Shown here piece after piece: positions 37,104 to 49,760 of a DNA stretch of 64,000 bases. Numbering within the stretch: position 1 is the first letter of the stretch; each line of letters begins with the position of its first letter. The notes beneath the pieces were generated by a model. The model was not told the origin of the DNA. It saw nothing but the letters and a program-made list of their open reading frames with translations, and made no database searches. Position numbers and translations under genes: made by a program. The DNA lies in NCBI GenBank assembly GCA_000388065.2, contig KB932207.1; one strand, given 5' to 3'. This DNA comes from Fonticula alba ATCC 38817. Its lineage: Eukaryota > Protista > Nucleariida.

Positions 37104-38692
37104 AAAGGTCAGCACCTCGGCGCCCGAAACCCGCCGAACCCTCGCGCCGGCACCCGGACTCGCGGCATGTCTCGGCGTGAGTTTGAGCGCTGGCAGGCGC
37201 GCCGGCTCTGGTGTTGTCCGGCTGTTGTGACGTCTGCCGACCCTATGGCCGGCTCCTCCGATCCCGGGGGACTGATTGATTGGCTAGCCTGGGCCCGGGT
37301 GTCTTTCCTCCTTTGGGGAGTTCTTTCGATGGCGGCCGCACCGCCGGCGGTCTTCCGCGCACTGAATGCCACCCCGGCGCATGTGTGGTTTTGGCTTTGG
37401 AGCCGGTCACGCTTCCTGGCCCTCAATCCCCGAGGGGCATCCGGATCGGCCGGTGGGCCAACGGCCCTGAGCAGCCCGTCGGACATGGCCGCCGGGTTGA
37501 TGTCGCCGCCCTTGCCGGAGGCCGGGGCTGCTCGTTCGCTGGAGTGGAGCTTCCGCGGCCTGGGCAGTGGGCTTATTTTCCGCCGTCGGCGGCCGGTCGA
37601 CACGCGGCGTGCCGCCATCACCTCACCCATGATCCCTCGGGTCCGGCCTGCCCGTCCGAGCCGGCCACACTTCGCCGACATCCTGGACAGTGCGGCGGCT
37701 GCTGGCCGGGCATGCCTGTCCTTCCATCGGGCGCTGCTGCTGGTGGCCATCATCGGGCCCCTTTTCTGGTCCTCTCGAGGAGGGCTCGGGTCGTTGCTTC
37801 TTGGCCAGGGGGGAGGTGTCGCCGTCACCGCCGGGCTGGGGCCTCTGGATGCATCGGCGCCTGGTGCTTCCGGCGAGTCCTGGCCGGTGCTGCCGACCCC
37901 CGTGCGGCCGTCCTTCCCCCCCGGTGCCGGCTCAATTGCCGGCACCTGCGACATGGGCGATAGCGCGCCGGTTGCCGTCCTGCCTGCGGACTGGCATCCG
38001 CAACCGCAGCCGGAGCTGGAGCCGGAGCCACAGCCCCAGTCCAGCTCCCCCCCCGGCATCGGCAGCCTTGTCGACTGGTTCGACGTGTGCCGGAGCTTGT
38101 CCCCTGCGGAGGGGCTCTGCGAACATCTGACCACCGGGCGCGGGCGTTTTGATGGGCTTTTCATTCTCCTGTGCTCGCTCCTCGCGGCGTATGTCACCTC
38201 GCTGGAGCCATCCAGCCCGCTGGACAGGGCCTCGGCCATCGGCCCCCCGGAGGACGCCCTCCTCGTGGCCAAGCCCTCGACAGATGCCGGGGGCCTGCCG
38301 CGTGCCAAGTTCCCCGGGGTTTCGGTCGGTCCTCGGCATGATGGGCTCCTTGCTCGGATGTGCATGGATTGGGGCCGGATCCGGCGGTTCCTGGCCACCG
38401 GCCGTCTGGGGCCGAGGCCCCCTCACGGCGCCATGGCCAGCGAGACCGCGCCAATTCCCGACCCCATGCAAACCAATGGCTCGGACCCGCGCCGGCGGGC
38501 CTCGTGCTCGACTTTCGGCACGCATTCAAGTGCCCCCTGCCCGGCCCCGGTCATCCGTCGACTGGAGGACCTCGGCCCGGAGGCCCGGCGTCACCTGAAA
38601 GAGCAACTGAATGACATCTGCATTGTCCAGGGCGGTGCGTGGCCGAGGCGATCCCATTTCCCTCTCCCCCTTTCGAGGGTCTCCGTCTGCGC

Positions 38693-38724
<32 letters not shown>

Positions 38725-41292
38725 CCCCCGGATCCTGTGGTCGTGTGGCCTCCACGGCACCTGCGTTGGCTGCTGACATTAACTCGCCTCCCCCCTTGCC
38801 CCTTCCTTCCTTCCGCTCTCCTTGGGCTCTCTCCATGCTGGCCCCTCGCATCTCAGGCCCCGACTTTCTACACTCTTACTTGACCAGCACCAGGTTGGTG
38901 CATGTGACACGCTACGGCGTCTTCCTGGTGGACCGGGCTGACATTGAGCGCGTGCGCGTGCACACGGCCTTCCACATGCCGGCCTCGGTGTTGTCCAACT
39001 CGCTGGGCCTGCGTGCCTGGACCTCGGAGGATGAGGAGTTCGGCGCGGAGCCGGGCTTCGGCGGGGCCGGCACCGGGCCGGGCTTCGCTTCCAATTGGCT
39101 CATGGCTGATGGGTGGTTTGGAGCCGATCTCTCTTCGCCGAGCCCGGTCCCCGGGGCCCTCGGTCTTGTTGGGGGCCCCGGCTCACACCGGTACTCGCCC
39201 AGTGGCCCCGGAGCCCTGAGCGCTGCATGGGGCACGGGCGGCTGGCAGCTTGTGGCCATGGGAGCCGGCAGCTGCGCCGCTGGCATCGACGCGGCCGGGC
39301 CCGGGGCCGAGGTGCAGGTCCTGGTTGGGACTCTCTTCCTCCGGGGCGGCATCCGGGCCTTCGATGTGTCCTTCCTGGCGCGCGATCTGGAAATCCTACA
39401 GGTGAAACTCCGGGCATCCGCGGCCGGGGGCGCCCAACAGGCGCCATTGCGACCGGATGCCCCTTCGGTGGCTGCCGCCGAGGGCGATGGCCCGGGCGGC
39501 CCGGCCCCGGAGGTCATCCACTTCGCCGCTGGCATCCGGCCGACGCTCACCCCGGCCCAGCGATTTGTTCGGCGCATGCTTCGCGAGGACCGCATCGTCC
39601 ATGGGAACTCGCGGAGGTACTTGCGCGAGGAAGCCCGGAGGCTGCAACGACCTGGCTGGGGCCCGGCCCTCGGCGACCCCTCGGTCACGAGCTTCGGTAC
39701 GGCCAAGGAATCGCTCTTCCCGCGTCTGCCCCCCCCCCCCNNNNNNNNNNCCCCCCCCCGCCCGGCCCGCTCCTCTCTGCTCGGCATGTGAAGCCGCGTG
39801 TCTGACTCCTGTCCCGCTCTCTCGGCCACCGGTTCCCCTGGCCCACAGAGGAGCCCAGCTTCCTGGCTCGGCGCCGGCCGGCCCTCGTGTCCTCGCCCTT
39901 TGCGCAGCTGCGCATTGATGCCGACGAGGCGGCCCGGGAGGCCGTGGCATGCGAGATCGCCGGCCCCGGGGCCCCGGGCAGCGGCGATTCGCCGGTGTTG
40001 CTGGAGCGTTCGCACACTGCCCCGGGGATGCTCGACCGACTGGGGTACACCTCGCCGCGGGTGACGTCGGACCTTGCGGCGCACCAGGTTTGCGAGGGCA
40101 TGCGCCATGCGGCCCTTGAGGCATCCGCTGCCCCGCGCGCCGAGGACCTGTGCATCGGGTGCATGTACCGGCCGGTGGAGGTGTGCATCCGGCGGACGTG
40201 CCACCTGCCGAGCCGGGAGCCTGGCATGGGTGGTGCCGGGGGGTCCCCGGGGCCCAGCTCCCCGGGTCCCGGCACCCGCAGTCCTCGGTCCTACATTCAA
40301 AGCCCTCTTGGCCATGGGGCCTCTCGGTCGCTGGCGGCCGGCGGGGGACCGACGGCCGCGCATCCGTGGCTGTCGCCGAACCCGCGCATCGCCTTGAGAC
40401 CCGGGGGCGGGTGGACCGCCGGAGGGGTCCCCCGACCCGGGATCATGAGCCCCATCGCGGGCCCTGGCTTGTCGCGTAGTCCCTTGGCACGGAGTCTCTC
40501 GGCGGCTTCCAACATGGCCCCGGCCCTTGCTGCCAATGGGCGCAGTCTGCACCCCCTGGCCCAGCACCACCCCCACCAGGCCCCTCTTCAGCAGCCGCAA
40601 TCGCAGCCGCAGCCGCAGCCGCAACATCACCATGACACCGGGCGCCGGGCCAATGAGTGTGGCTCATGCGAGTGTCGGCCCATGTGGTGTGGTGAATGGT
40701 GCGTCTTCTTCCCTCGACAAAGCCGGGGCTGGGCGAGAGTCTCTCTCTCTCTCTCTCTCCCCCTCCCCCCCTCTCTCTATCCACCGTGGGGATGCCGCCT
40801 ATTGCTCGTCCCCCCCGGCCTCCCTTCCGCCTCGGGATGGGGTGGCCAGCATGAGGCCATGGCCAAGCCAGTCCCAATAGAAGGGGGAGGATGGTCCAGG
40901 AAGGGTGTCTCATGGCGGATGGCGGAATTCTCCGACTAACATTAGGCGCCTCGTTCTTTCCTCGGCGCAGCCTCCTCCGGTGGTTCCTTAGCAGGCAGCC
41001 GGTCGGTCAGCAAAGCCCGATGATGGACCCGGCCACGGGGGCAACTCACCCGCAGCACCCGCCGGGGCCTGCCACCGCGGGCTTGCGCCCGGGGTGGGGT
41101 GGCGGCGGCCCTGCCGCATCGCGGTCTCTCCTGCCGGAGCCGTCCTCCCCTCGACAGACGGTGGACAAGTGGATCCTCTTTGGCCAGGCCAGTTGCCCCT
41201 CTTGTGCGCGGGACTTCTGTGCCAAGGACATTGTCTTCGCCACGGCATCCGAGCTGGCGGAGTATCGCCGCCGGACCAGCCCCCAACTTTGA
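36003..41292 (+). CDS. TMEM129: TMEM129-like ER membrane RING E3 ubiquitin ligase, ~1500 aa; start codon uncertain
   Basis: LVHVTRYGVFLV, EVQVLV..AFDVSF..LEILQVKLR, CIGCM..V.IRRTC, ECGSCECRPMWCGEC|LLRWFLSRQ and CPSCARDFCAKD match the TMEM129 pattern as recalled (CIGC..C..C..C.CRPMWC..C..KWFASRQ..CP.CR..FC..D). Introns at 38635-38856, 39697-39848 and 40699-40970. Confidence 0.8.
36330..36369. repeat. (GGCCCC)x6 hexanucleotide repeat, encoding poly-Gly-Pro in the TMEM129-like ORF
   Basis: Seen directly. Confidence 0.9.
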
Positions 41293-42029
41293 GTCCGAGG
41301 CATGGCAGCAGGAAGGGAGGGGGCGGGGGCGGGGCGAGGACTGGAGAAGTGCATGGGTCTCCTCTCTACGTTTCGACTTCCCTCCACCTCTCCCCTCCTC
41401 CTCTCTCTTGTCTCAATGTGTCTCGGTGTGAGTTGCGACGGCGCCCTTGCTTTTTTGCCCCACCCACTCAAACGGCACATTCCGTCCCCCCCCCCCCCGT
41501 CACCCTTTCTGCCCACGCTCAGTGACCACCGTCCATGGGGCGAAGGAGCGATGCATGCGCTACTTTCATGGAAGGGGGGGGGGGGGGCGCACGATGATCA
41601 GGGGAGGCAAAGGGCACGCTTATGGTCCTGCATATTGGCGGCTGGCCGCGGTGTGTGGATAATCTTGCTTGCCCCTCCCCCCCCCCCTCTCCCTGTCTCC
41701 CCCTATCTTCCCCCCTCCCCTGTCCCAACCATATACATGCGCTGTTGTCCCTGCCATGTACTGAAATCGAAACCCGGCCAGGCATATCCGTCCGTGCAAC
41801 TGCAAACAAAGGCAGTCGATAAACAGGAGGACCGGGAGACAGCACATGTGCGAAGATATTTTTTTTATGGTGCCCATGGCGCGAAATAAAAACACACCAA
41901 TGTCTTCGAAAAAATAACAACAGCAAACAAATGGAAAATGTGACACATTCCAGCGGGGGTGTTGGTGTCTAGAGGAGGGGGCGGAGAAGGAGACGGAGAG
42001 GGAAGCGCTGGAGCCGACAGGGCCAGGTC

Positions 42030-42034
42030 AAAAA
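42030..42034 (-). terminator. RNA polymerase III oligo-T terminator of tRNA-Ala
   Basis: TTTTT on the minus strand ~10 nt downstream of the tRNA 3' end. Confidence 0.75.
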
Positions 42035-42043
42035 GGAAACCTC

Positions 42044-42116
42044 TGGAGGCGGAGGGTATCGATCCCCCTGCCTGCCGCATGCTAAGCGGCCGCTCTACCA
42101 TTTGAGCTACGCCCCC
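42044..42116 (-). tRNA. tRNA-Ala (anticodon AGC), intronless, 73 nt
   Basis: GGGGGCG TA GCTC AAATGGTA GAGC G GCCGC TTAGCAT GCGGC AGGCA GGGGG ATCGATA CCCTC CGCCTCC A folds as a full cloverleaf with the G3:U70 alanine identity pair. Confidence 0.98.
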
Positions 42117-43244
42117 CGGAGATGAAGAGCACCCACCGAGCCGCGCTTATGATCATTGGCGACCGCAAGCAGTGGGGAGCCGCTGTGCATCCCCCCCCCC
42201 GGCAACGGCTGCCCCCGCGCAGGGATGGCCGATTCACCCCCCCCCCCCCCCACCCAGGAGGCAAATGTGGATGTCCTTGCCTTGGACCAGAAAAGCCGGG
42301 TGCATGCGGTACATTCGTGTGGCCACCCCAATGGGGAGTGTTGCCGGGTGCCATTCCCGCCCAAAGAGCGCCGGGAGAGACCCTTCACGGGACAAGGCCG
42401 CTACCCGGCTGTGTTCCTCGCCCGGGGACTGCGGCAGGCCGTTTCAAACGGGCCGAGAGCCGGGGCCCCTGCGCAGTCGTGGGGCTTGTTCGCCACATTC
42501 CGGGCAGAATCACACGACGGATGATGTGAATCACGCCGCACCCATCGGCCGGCGTGCCCCAATTCGTTGGGTATTAACCCAAGAAACTCAGGGGGCCCTT
42601 GGTCCTGATGCTTTAAGTGAGCGAGATAAGCGGGCCCGCAGGACCTTTGGCATTGCGTGTGGGGCGGCTTTTCTGCGTGGCCCACGACTCTGGGGCGGCC
42701 CGAGACCTGGATGCCGTCAGAACGACTGATGAGCCTTATCTCCTCCCATTGAGGGCTTCGACGCGCGGGGAGGGGGGGGGGGGGGACTTGTCATCCTTTT
42801 AGTCAGGGCCCGGGCCACATATGAGTGCAAGAGTGTCCGGCTGATGCTGGCCGCTCCCCTCCTCGGCCTGCCCCAGCTTCTCGGGCTCCCTCGCCCGAGA
42901 GGGACAGGATCAAAGGGGCGGCGGGGCGGGCAGAGGTCCGCCCCCCCTCTGCCGAAGGGAGCCTCGCCGCGTGGTTGGCTGGCCCGGGCAATGGGATCGG
43001 GTATCTGCCTTGGCCTTCAAAAGGGTGGAGGGCCGGCGGCCGGCCGGCTGCTGCTGGCCGATGACAAGTAATCCCCCATCCTCTCCTCCCTTGTCCCTGG
43101 CTCCTTCCTCCCCGCGCCCTGCGTCTGCCTCGTCCTTCCGACACCCCTGCCGGGCAACTCGGCGACCACTTCCGCTGGTGTTGCCAAAGCATCGGTCCCC
43201 CCCCCCCCTCGCCCCCCGGTCCGAATCCCACTGCTGTCCACGGA

Positions 43245-46200
43245 ATGCCCAGGATGCCGCAGCTTGAGATCACGGTTCCCCTCTCAGATCCCAGTGAATC
43301 ATTAGATGACCTCCGCCAGGATGACGACCTGGACGCGTCGCCAGCGCGCGGCATCGCGCGGTCGGATCCCACACCTTCGCCATTCGGCCCGCGGGGGGGC
43401 ATTTCCCCGGAACTCGAACAGCCAGCCGCCCACCGAGACCACTCGGTCCGAACGTTGGAGTTTCCGGAGCTCCCCTTCCGCGAGCTGGATGGTCCGGCGC
43501 CGCTGGCGAATGGCGACCTACCGCGATCAAGGGGCGCGACTATTGACAGTCAAGACGCGCCGCCTTTTTTCAGCTCCCTGACGCCACGTATGTCGAAGTG
43601 ATGGTCTCCAGCCCGGTGGTGTTCTCCTGGCCATTTGTCCTCGGTGTGTGTGTGGGTGTGTGTGTGTGTGTGTGTGCTGACGCGGTGGCTGTGTCATCTT
43701 TCTCGCCCCCCCGACCCAAACCCATCGCCGGGTCCAGTCTTTGCCTACTGCTGGCACAGGCTGAAGAATGACACCGCCAGCTTGATCTACGAGATGAACC
43801 AGCCCTTCGTCCGGAAGTTCGGGCCTGGTAACTTTGACATCGACATCCGTTGTGACATCTTCTTGCGCTTTTACAACCGCCGCTTGGAGAAGGACTTCCG
43901 GCGTTTCTTCCATGCATATGTGCGTCCGGTCGGGTGGCCGCCCAGCTCGCGCCTTTGCCCCTGCCCTGGGATATGTCCCGACGCCTGGTCGCTGGCCAGG
44001 TCCCCGGGCCTGGGCCCTGCGCTGTCGGGGATTTTGCATGACGTGGTGGTGCCTTTCCCCCGGCCGCCGTCTCGGCCTCTGACTGGTCTGTCCCCTCGCA
44101 GGATCACTCCTCCCTCATGCGCGTCATCTGCATGGACTTCCTCTTGTCCTCCATGCAGATGATCATCTTTTTCTCCCTCAATGACTACCGGGACAATGAC
44201 AATCGGAGATACTTCTCCCTTGTGGCCGGCGGCGGCCTGGTCATCTACATGATCTTGGAAAGCCTGATCTTGGTCTTCCTCATGCTCAACCGGTCTAGCC
44301 GTTGTGTCACCCTGGCCAAGTGGCTCTTTGCGATGCTGCTCTTCATGTACCCCTGGATCTTCATCCTTGGCCATGTCATTGCCCCCCGGCGGAAGGTGCC
44401 TGCCCCCTGGCCCTGCCCCCCCGATGCACCGGCAGCCGGCGGCCCATAACGGAGCTAAGCCCCTCCCTCCCCTTGCCCGACTGACGTACCATGTGCCCGC
44501 CCGCCGCCCGGTCCCCCCCCCCCCTCCCCTGCTGCCCTGCCCTGCCCTCGGCGTAAAGAGCTACAGCCAGGCATACCTGAAGTTTAATTCGGCCATGATG
44601 ATCGTCATTCCCATGATCATGATCCTGTCACGCTTGCAAATCCGCAGTGCCCTGCTTGTCAACCTGGTCAACATCTTGCTGAATGAAATTGTCCTGATCG
44701 TCTTCTACTGCATCAATTACAAGGACCTAAAGGTCTTTGGCAAGTGGCCCTTCCTGCTGCTGTCGCCGCTGTTGTACCTATTGTCGCTGATGGTGTCGGC
44801 CCTGATTGCCCTGCGCCGAGAGTACCACTCGCGGACCTTCTTCCTGCAGACGCACATCCTCTATCGTAACAAGGAGCAGCTGGACCTGGCCCAGTCCACG
44901 GCCAACATCATCCTGCGATCGATCATGCCCCGCAGGTGCGCGGTTGTTGCTTTTCAGTCTCGCTGGCTCATTGGCCCAAGCGAGCCGGCTGCTGTGGATT
45001 TGTTGGTGTTGCTCACACTCGCTGTCACACGCATTTACAATGGGCTTGGCATGGACGCCGTCTGCCCGCCGGGGCCGACCCTCGCCGTCCATCCCTTCGC
45101 GGATGACTTTGACGGCCAATGCTGGGACGACTCTCGCCCATGGGCCTCCGTGCCATGGTGTGATGTCCACGGCGCGCCCTGCCCTGCCCGACTGCCCCTG
45201 TGCCCATCTGTGCACATGTGTGCATATCTGGGCCACCATGCGGCGGCGACGGCGGTGGCGGCGACATGCGAACGCCTGGTCCACAGCGTGATGAAGAAGT
45301 TCCGCTTCGAGCAGCGCATCACCATGAAAAACCACCAAGTCCCGAGCATCCTGGAAAGCCACGCCAATGTGACCATCCTGTGTAGTGACATTGCCGGCTT
45401 CACGGCATTCAGCTCGGCCATCAGCCCGGAGGAGCTGGTCGAGACACTGTCGCTGGTGTTTGTCTGCTTCGACAGCCTGGCCCACGCGTACAAAGTGGAA
45501 AAGATCAAGACCATGGGCGACTCGTATATTGCCTGCTGCGGGGCGCCGCAATATGAGCCGCTGCATGCCCTGCGCGTGTGCATCCTTGGCTTGTCGATGC
45601 GCGATGCCATTCGCGAGTTCGACATCAAGGCCAATGTGCCCACCAGCGTCGGCCTCATGGGGCCCATGTACAGCGGGTACTTCCAGCCACTGCAGATGCG
45701 CATCGGCGTGCACACCGGTTCCGTGACCGCCGGGCTGGTGGGGCTCCGGTGCATGCGGTATGGTGCGTTCCTGGCTCACTGGCCGGCCAGCCGGCCGGCC
45801 GGCCCGGCCCGGCCCCTGCACCACTTGTGACACCAGTCACGCCCCCGGCATTGGGCCGTGCCCATTCTCCGGGAGCACCAGCACAGACCATGTGTCCCCC
45901 TTGGCCCTAGGTCTGACTCGATCGCTGTCCCCACCGCTCGCGGACCTTCCCATGCCGTGCCGTGCCGTGTCGTGTCGCGCCGTGCCGTGCCGTGTCGTGC
46001 CGCGCCGTGCCGTCATTTGGTCTCGTGTGGATCTGCCCGGCACGACGGACATTCGGATGCCGGTCTCGCTTGGCCCGACCCTTGGGGCCCTTCGCCGCCA
46101 CCGCCAGACCTCTATTCGTCCGACGTGCAGATTGCCACGGCCATCGAGGAAACCGGCGCCAAGGACATCCCGCACATATCCATCAAGACCTACCTTGCCC

Positions 46201-49200
46201 TGGGCGAGCAGGCCGAGGACTTCATCTTCGAGCGGTCCCTGGTCCGGGGCGTGTACCACCATATGATTGCCGGCCGGACCGACACCATGTGCCTCATCCG
46301 CCTGCGCTCTCTGGGCGAGGGGGTCGGCCCGGCTGGCGGGCTGTCAGCCACCACGCAAAAGGTAATTAGCTTTGCCGAGCGCCGGTTGAGGCGCTTCACC
46401 AGTGCCGTAGACCCCCTCGGACCGTCCAGCCGGTACGCGCCATGCCCTCAAAATTGTGTCTGCCCTTGTGTGCCTTCGCCTCTTTCGGGTGCTGGGCTCG
46501 GTGACCTGCCACCCTGGCCCGGTTCCGGCCCATGGCAAGCCCTCTAACCGGCATTGTGGGCGTATGTTCATTCCTCTCCCGAAGGACCTTCTCCCGGAGC
46601 AATGACAGCCAGCCGTGCGATTTCAATCCGTTCAAGGTCGAGGTGCGCCCAGGCATGAGGGGGCCTCTTCTCCCCCCGGGCCCTTGGCCATGTATTCTTG
46701 CCGGAGGTGAGGTCCGATTCCGGGCTTGCTAACTGCCCTCCATTGGGGACCATAACGCTCGGCCGGCTGTCGGCGCACGGGAAGGGGCCAAAGATGAATG
46801 CCCACCCCCCGACGGCCAGCATGCCGAATGGCAGTCACACATCGGCCGGGCCGAGCACCGAGGAGCACATCGCGTCCCCTGGCTGCCCGGCCAACAGCCG
46901 GCAGGAGCATTGCTACAGGTTCCGGGCCGAGTCCATCGCGCGGTGTGTGGCCCGGGTGTACGCCTCGCGGTGTAACAACAGCCAAGTGCGCAATGATGGC
47001 GATGGGCTGCTGCTGCGTGTGTCGAAATCCTCGCCCGCCGTGCTGGGATCGGTGCCGGCCCTGCACCGGTCGACTTCGCCACGCACCGTCGGTATCCAGG
47101 ACGAAAATGTCCTTGTGGCCGGGGCCAAGCTCAGCCGCCTGACACAGGCCACCCTGCCGAAGAAGGCCAACCACATGAAGGCCATCACCGGGCCGGTGGA
47201 GATGCTGCCGCTGCGGCCGCGCCGAGCTTCGCTGGCCGGCGGCCATGTGGGCCAAATTGCCGGCCTGCAATTCCCCCTGCCCGGGGTCGGGGTTCCGCGG
47301 GTGGATCCCGCCTGGCCGGGGGCCGAGTCGGATGCCCCCGGGGCCGAGGGCGCCAGCGGCCCATCCCCCGACCGGGCGGATGTCCCGCGGCTGGTGGCCT
47401 CGTCGGTGCCGCCGCGCGAGGTCGGCGACGAGGAGTACATGCCGGCCGGCCGGCCGCCCATGTCGGCCCCCCCGCGGGCCATGGACCCCAAGCCGCCGAG
47501 CATGGTCAACCGCTTCCTCGGGGAGATCACCGAATCGCTGTCCGGCATCTTGGGCTCCTTCCGGGGGTATGCCGCGGCTCGGACGCCGACCTTCGAGCCG
47601 CGCGAGCCGGAGCCGCCCCCGCGGCCGCCGGCCGAGGGCGGGGTTCCGCGACCGCGGCCCGGGCCCGGCGCCGGCCCCACGGCGCGCGACATGCCATCGC
47701 CGGAGCAGTACCATCTCAGTGTGTCGGTCTTCGATGACCTTGACCGGGGGGCCCTGCGGGACACCCGTTCCACGGGCATGCTCAGTCGCGGGGCCGATGT
47801 GCTGGTGATGAAGGACACCACCGACCTGCCGCCCGAGGAGCTGACTCTGCATCCGATCGCCATGCAGCGCATGCACCCATCGGTGCCGTTGAGCCAGTCG
47901 ATTGGCCACCTCCGGGACTCCTGGGCGCCTGGGAAGCCGCCCGGAAAAGCGCCTCCCCCCGCCGAGGTGGCTGCCCCCGTGTCGGATGCCCGCGCCTCGG
48001 CCGTGCCGTCCACCGACACGGACCCCATGACCCCGGGGCGGGTGGCTCGGTGGCTGGGAATAGCTCGGTGGCCCGCGAAGCGCCGATCGGCGGCCGACAT
48101 GTCGCCGGCCGCGACCGCCGCCGCCCCGCAGCCGGTCACTCGGCGCCCGAGTGAAACGCCCAGCCCCCTGCTCAGCCTCCAGACGGCCGCCGGGGCCGTG
48201 AACGGAGACGTGCCCATGTCACATCCCTCCAGCCCGCAGGCCGGTCGGCCGAAGGACAACCTCTTCCCGGATGAGGCCTTCGAGACGATCAACACATGCG
48301 GGGCCCCGAGCTGGCGACGGGTTTTTCACATTCACCACGGCGAGGCCCATCGCCAGGGGCAGGACCAGACGCCCGAGGAAACCCCGGACGAGAGGACCAT
48401 CCGCCATTTGTCCGGCAGCCAGCTCATCTATGGCATGCATCGGATGCTGAATTACACCGGTACGATGGTGGCCCGCATGCCGGGGCCCGGCAGGCATATG
48501 CCCCCCCCCCCCCCGTCCCCCCTTCGGCCCACTGTTGCCGGCATTGGGCACATCGCTGACGTGCTGGCCTCCATGCAGGGCAATTCCGGTCGAAGCTCAT
48601 CGAGCGTCGGTTTCGTGGCGACCGGGTGGTCATCGAGCATAACCACTATCTCCGGTCGATCGGGTGCTGTGTCTTCATGGGGGTGGTCATTATTGTGCGT
48701 GTCTTCCCACTGCCCGATGCGCTGTGCCTCTGCATAGCAGAAGGGGCGGGGGGGGGGGGGGGGGGGGACAAATGCGCATGCGCTGGCCTCCTGCCCGGCG
48801 GAGTTGCTGACCACCTCGTCGCATGGCCTTCCCCCGGCGGGGGGGGGGACGATTGTGTTGCCACCGACGGCAGGGGGTCCTGGCCGGAGCGGTCAACATG
48901 CCGGTCTGGACCCTGGTGCTGCACATTGTAGCCGTGGCCTTGATCTTCGTGCTGCTGGTGGTGGTCATGCTGCGCAATTGGTATGCTTCTGAGTCTCGTA
49001 CTTAATGCCCCCCCCCCCCCGCTCTCCATGTCCAGACGGGGAATCCTTCACCTGGCGGCATCCCTGCGCGGACTGACCCTTGCCGTGGCACTCAGCATCA
49101 AGTTTCTCCGCGTGGACGAGCACATCTTCGCCATCGCCACCTGCCTGCTCCTTGCGGTTCTCGGTGTCTTTGATGTGGGCTACATTCCGCGCTCGGTCAT

Positions 49201-49721
49201 GGAAGGTGCGCCAATGAGCCGCCGGTGGTCTGCACCCAGGGCGCACACGCACACACACACACACACACCCCTGCCCAGGCGGCAGCAGCTGGTCCGGCCG
49301 GCGCATGCCAAAGATACCTCCAGGTCCCCCGCCCTCCCTCCCGGCCCCTTCTTTCCTCGATGCCTTGGTCTGACCGGTGAGCCTCGCTCCTTCCTCCCGA
49401 GGGCAGATGCCTATGTCCCCAAGACCCCGAGTGTCTATGTCGGGGCAACCTTCACCATCACCCAGCTGGCCTTCTGTCTCTTCTTCTATTCGAACGGCCT
49501 GTTGTTGACGGTGCGCATCCCCCCGACGTGGGCCGAAGGGGCTTCCCGCCTGCGCCCCTATCGACGCCACATTCTGAATGTGTGTCTGTGTATGTGTGTA
49601 TATGTTCCGGCGGCTATGGCCACCCCTTTGCCTGTCTCACACGCTCATTGCAACCTTCGTGGCCCATGGGTCGATTTGTGTCTCCCTGTGTTTGCCTGCC
49701 CCACCCTCCCTCGATCCCGTT

Positions 49722-49760
<39 letters not shown>

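Noticed and set aside
42726-42775. CTGATGAG resembling a hammerhead ribozyme core, with nearby box C/D-like words
   Set aside because: No GAAA follows the putative stem II (the sequence reads TTCGAC). There is no terminal stem, and no rRNA-complementary guide longer than ~8 nt that I can recognise.
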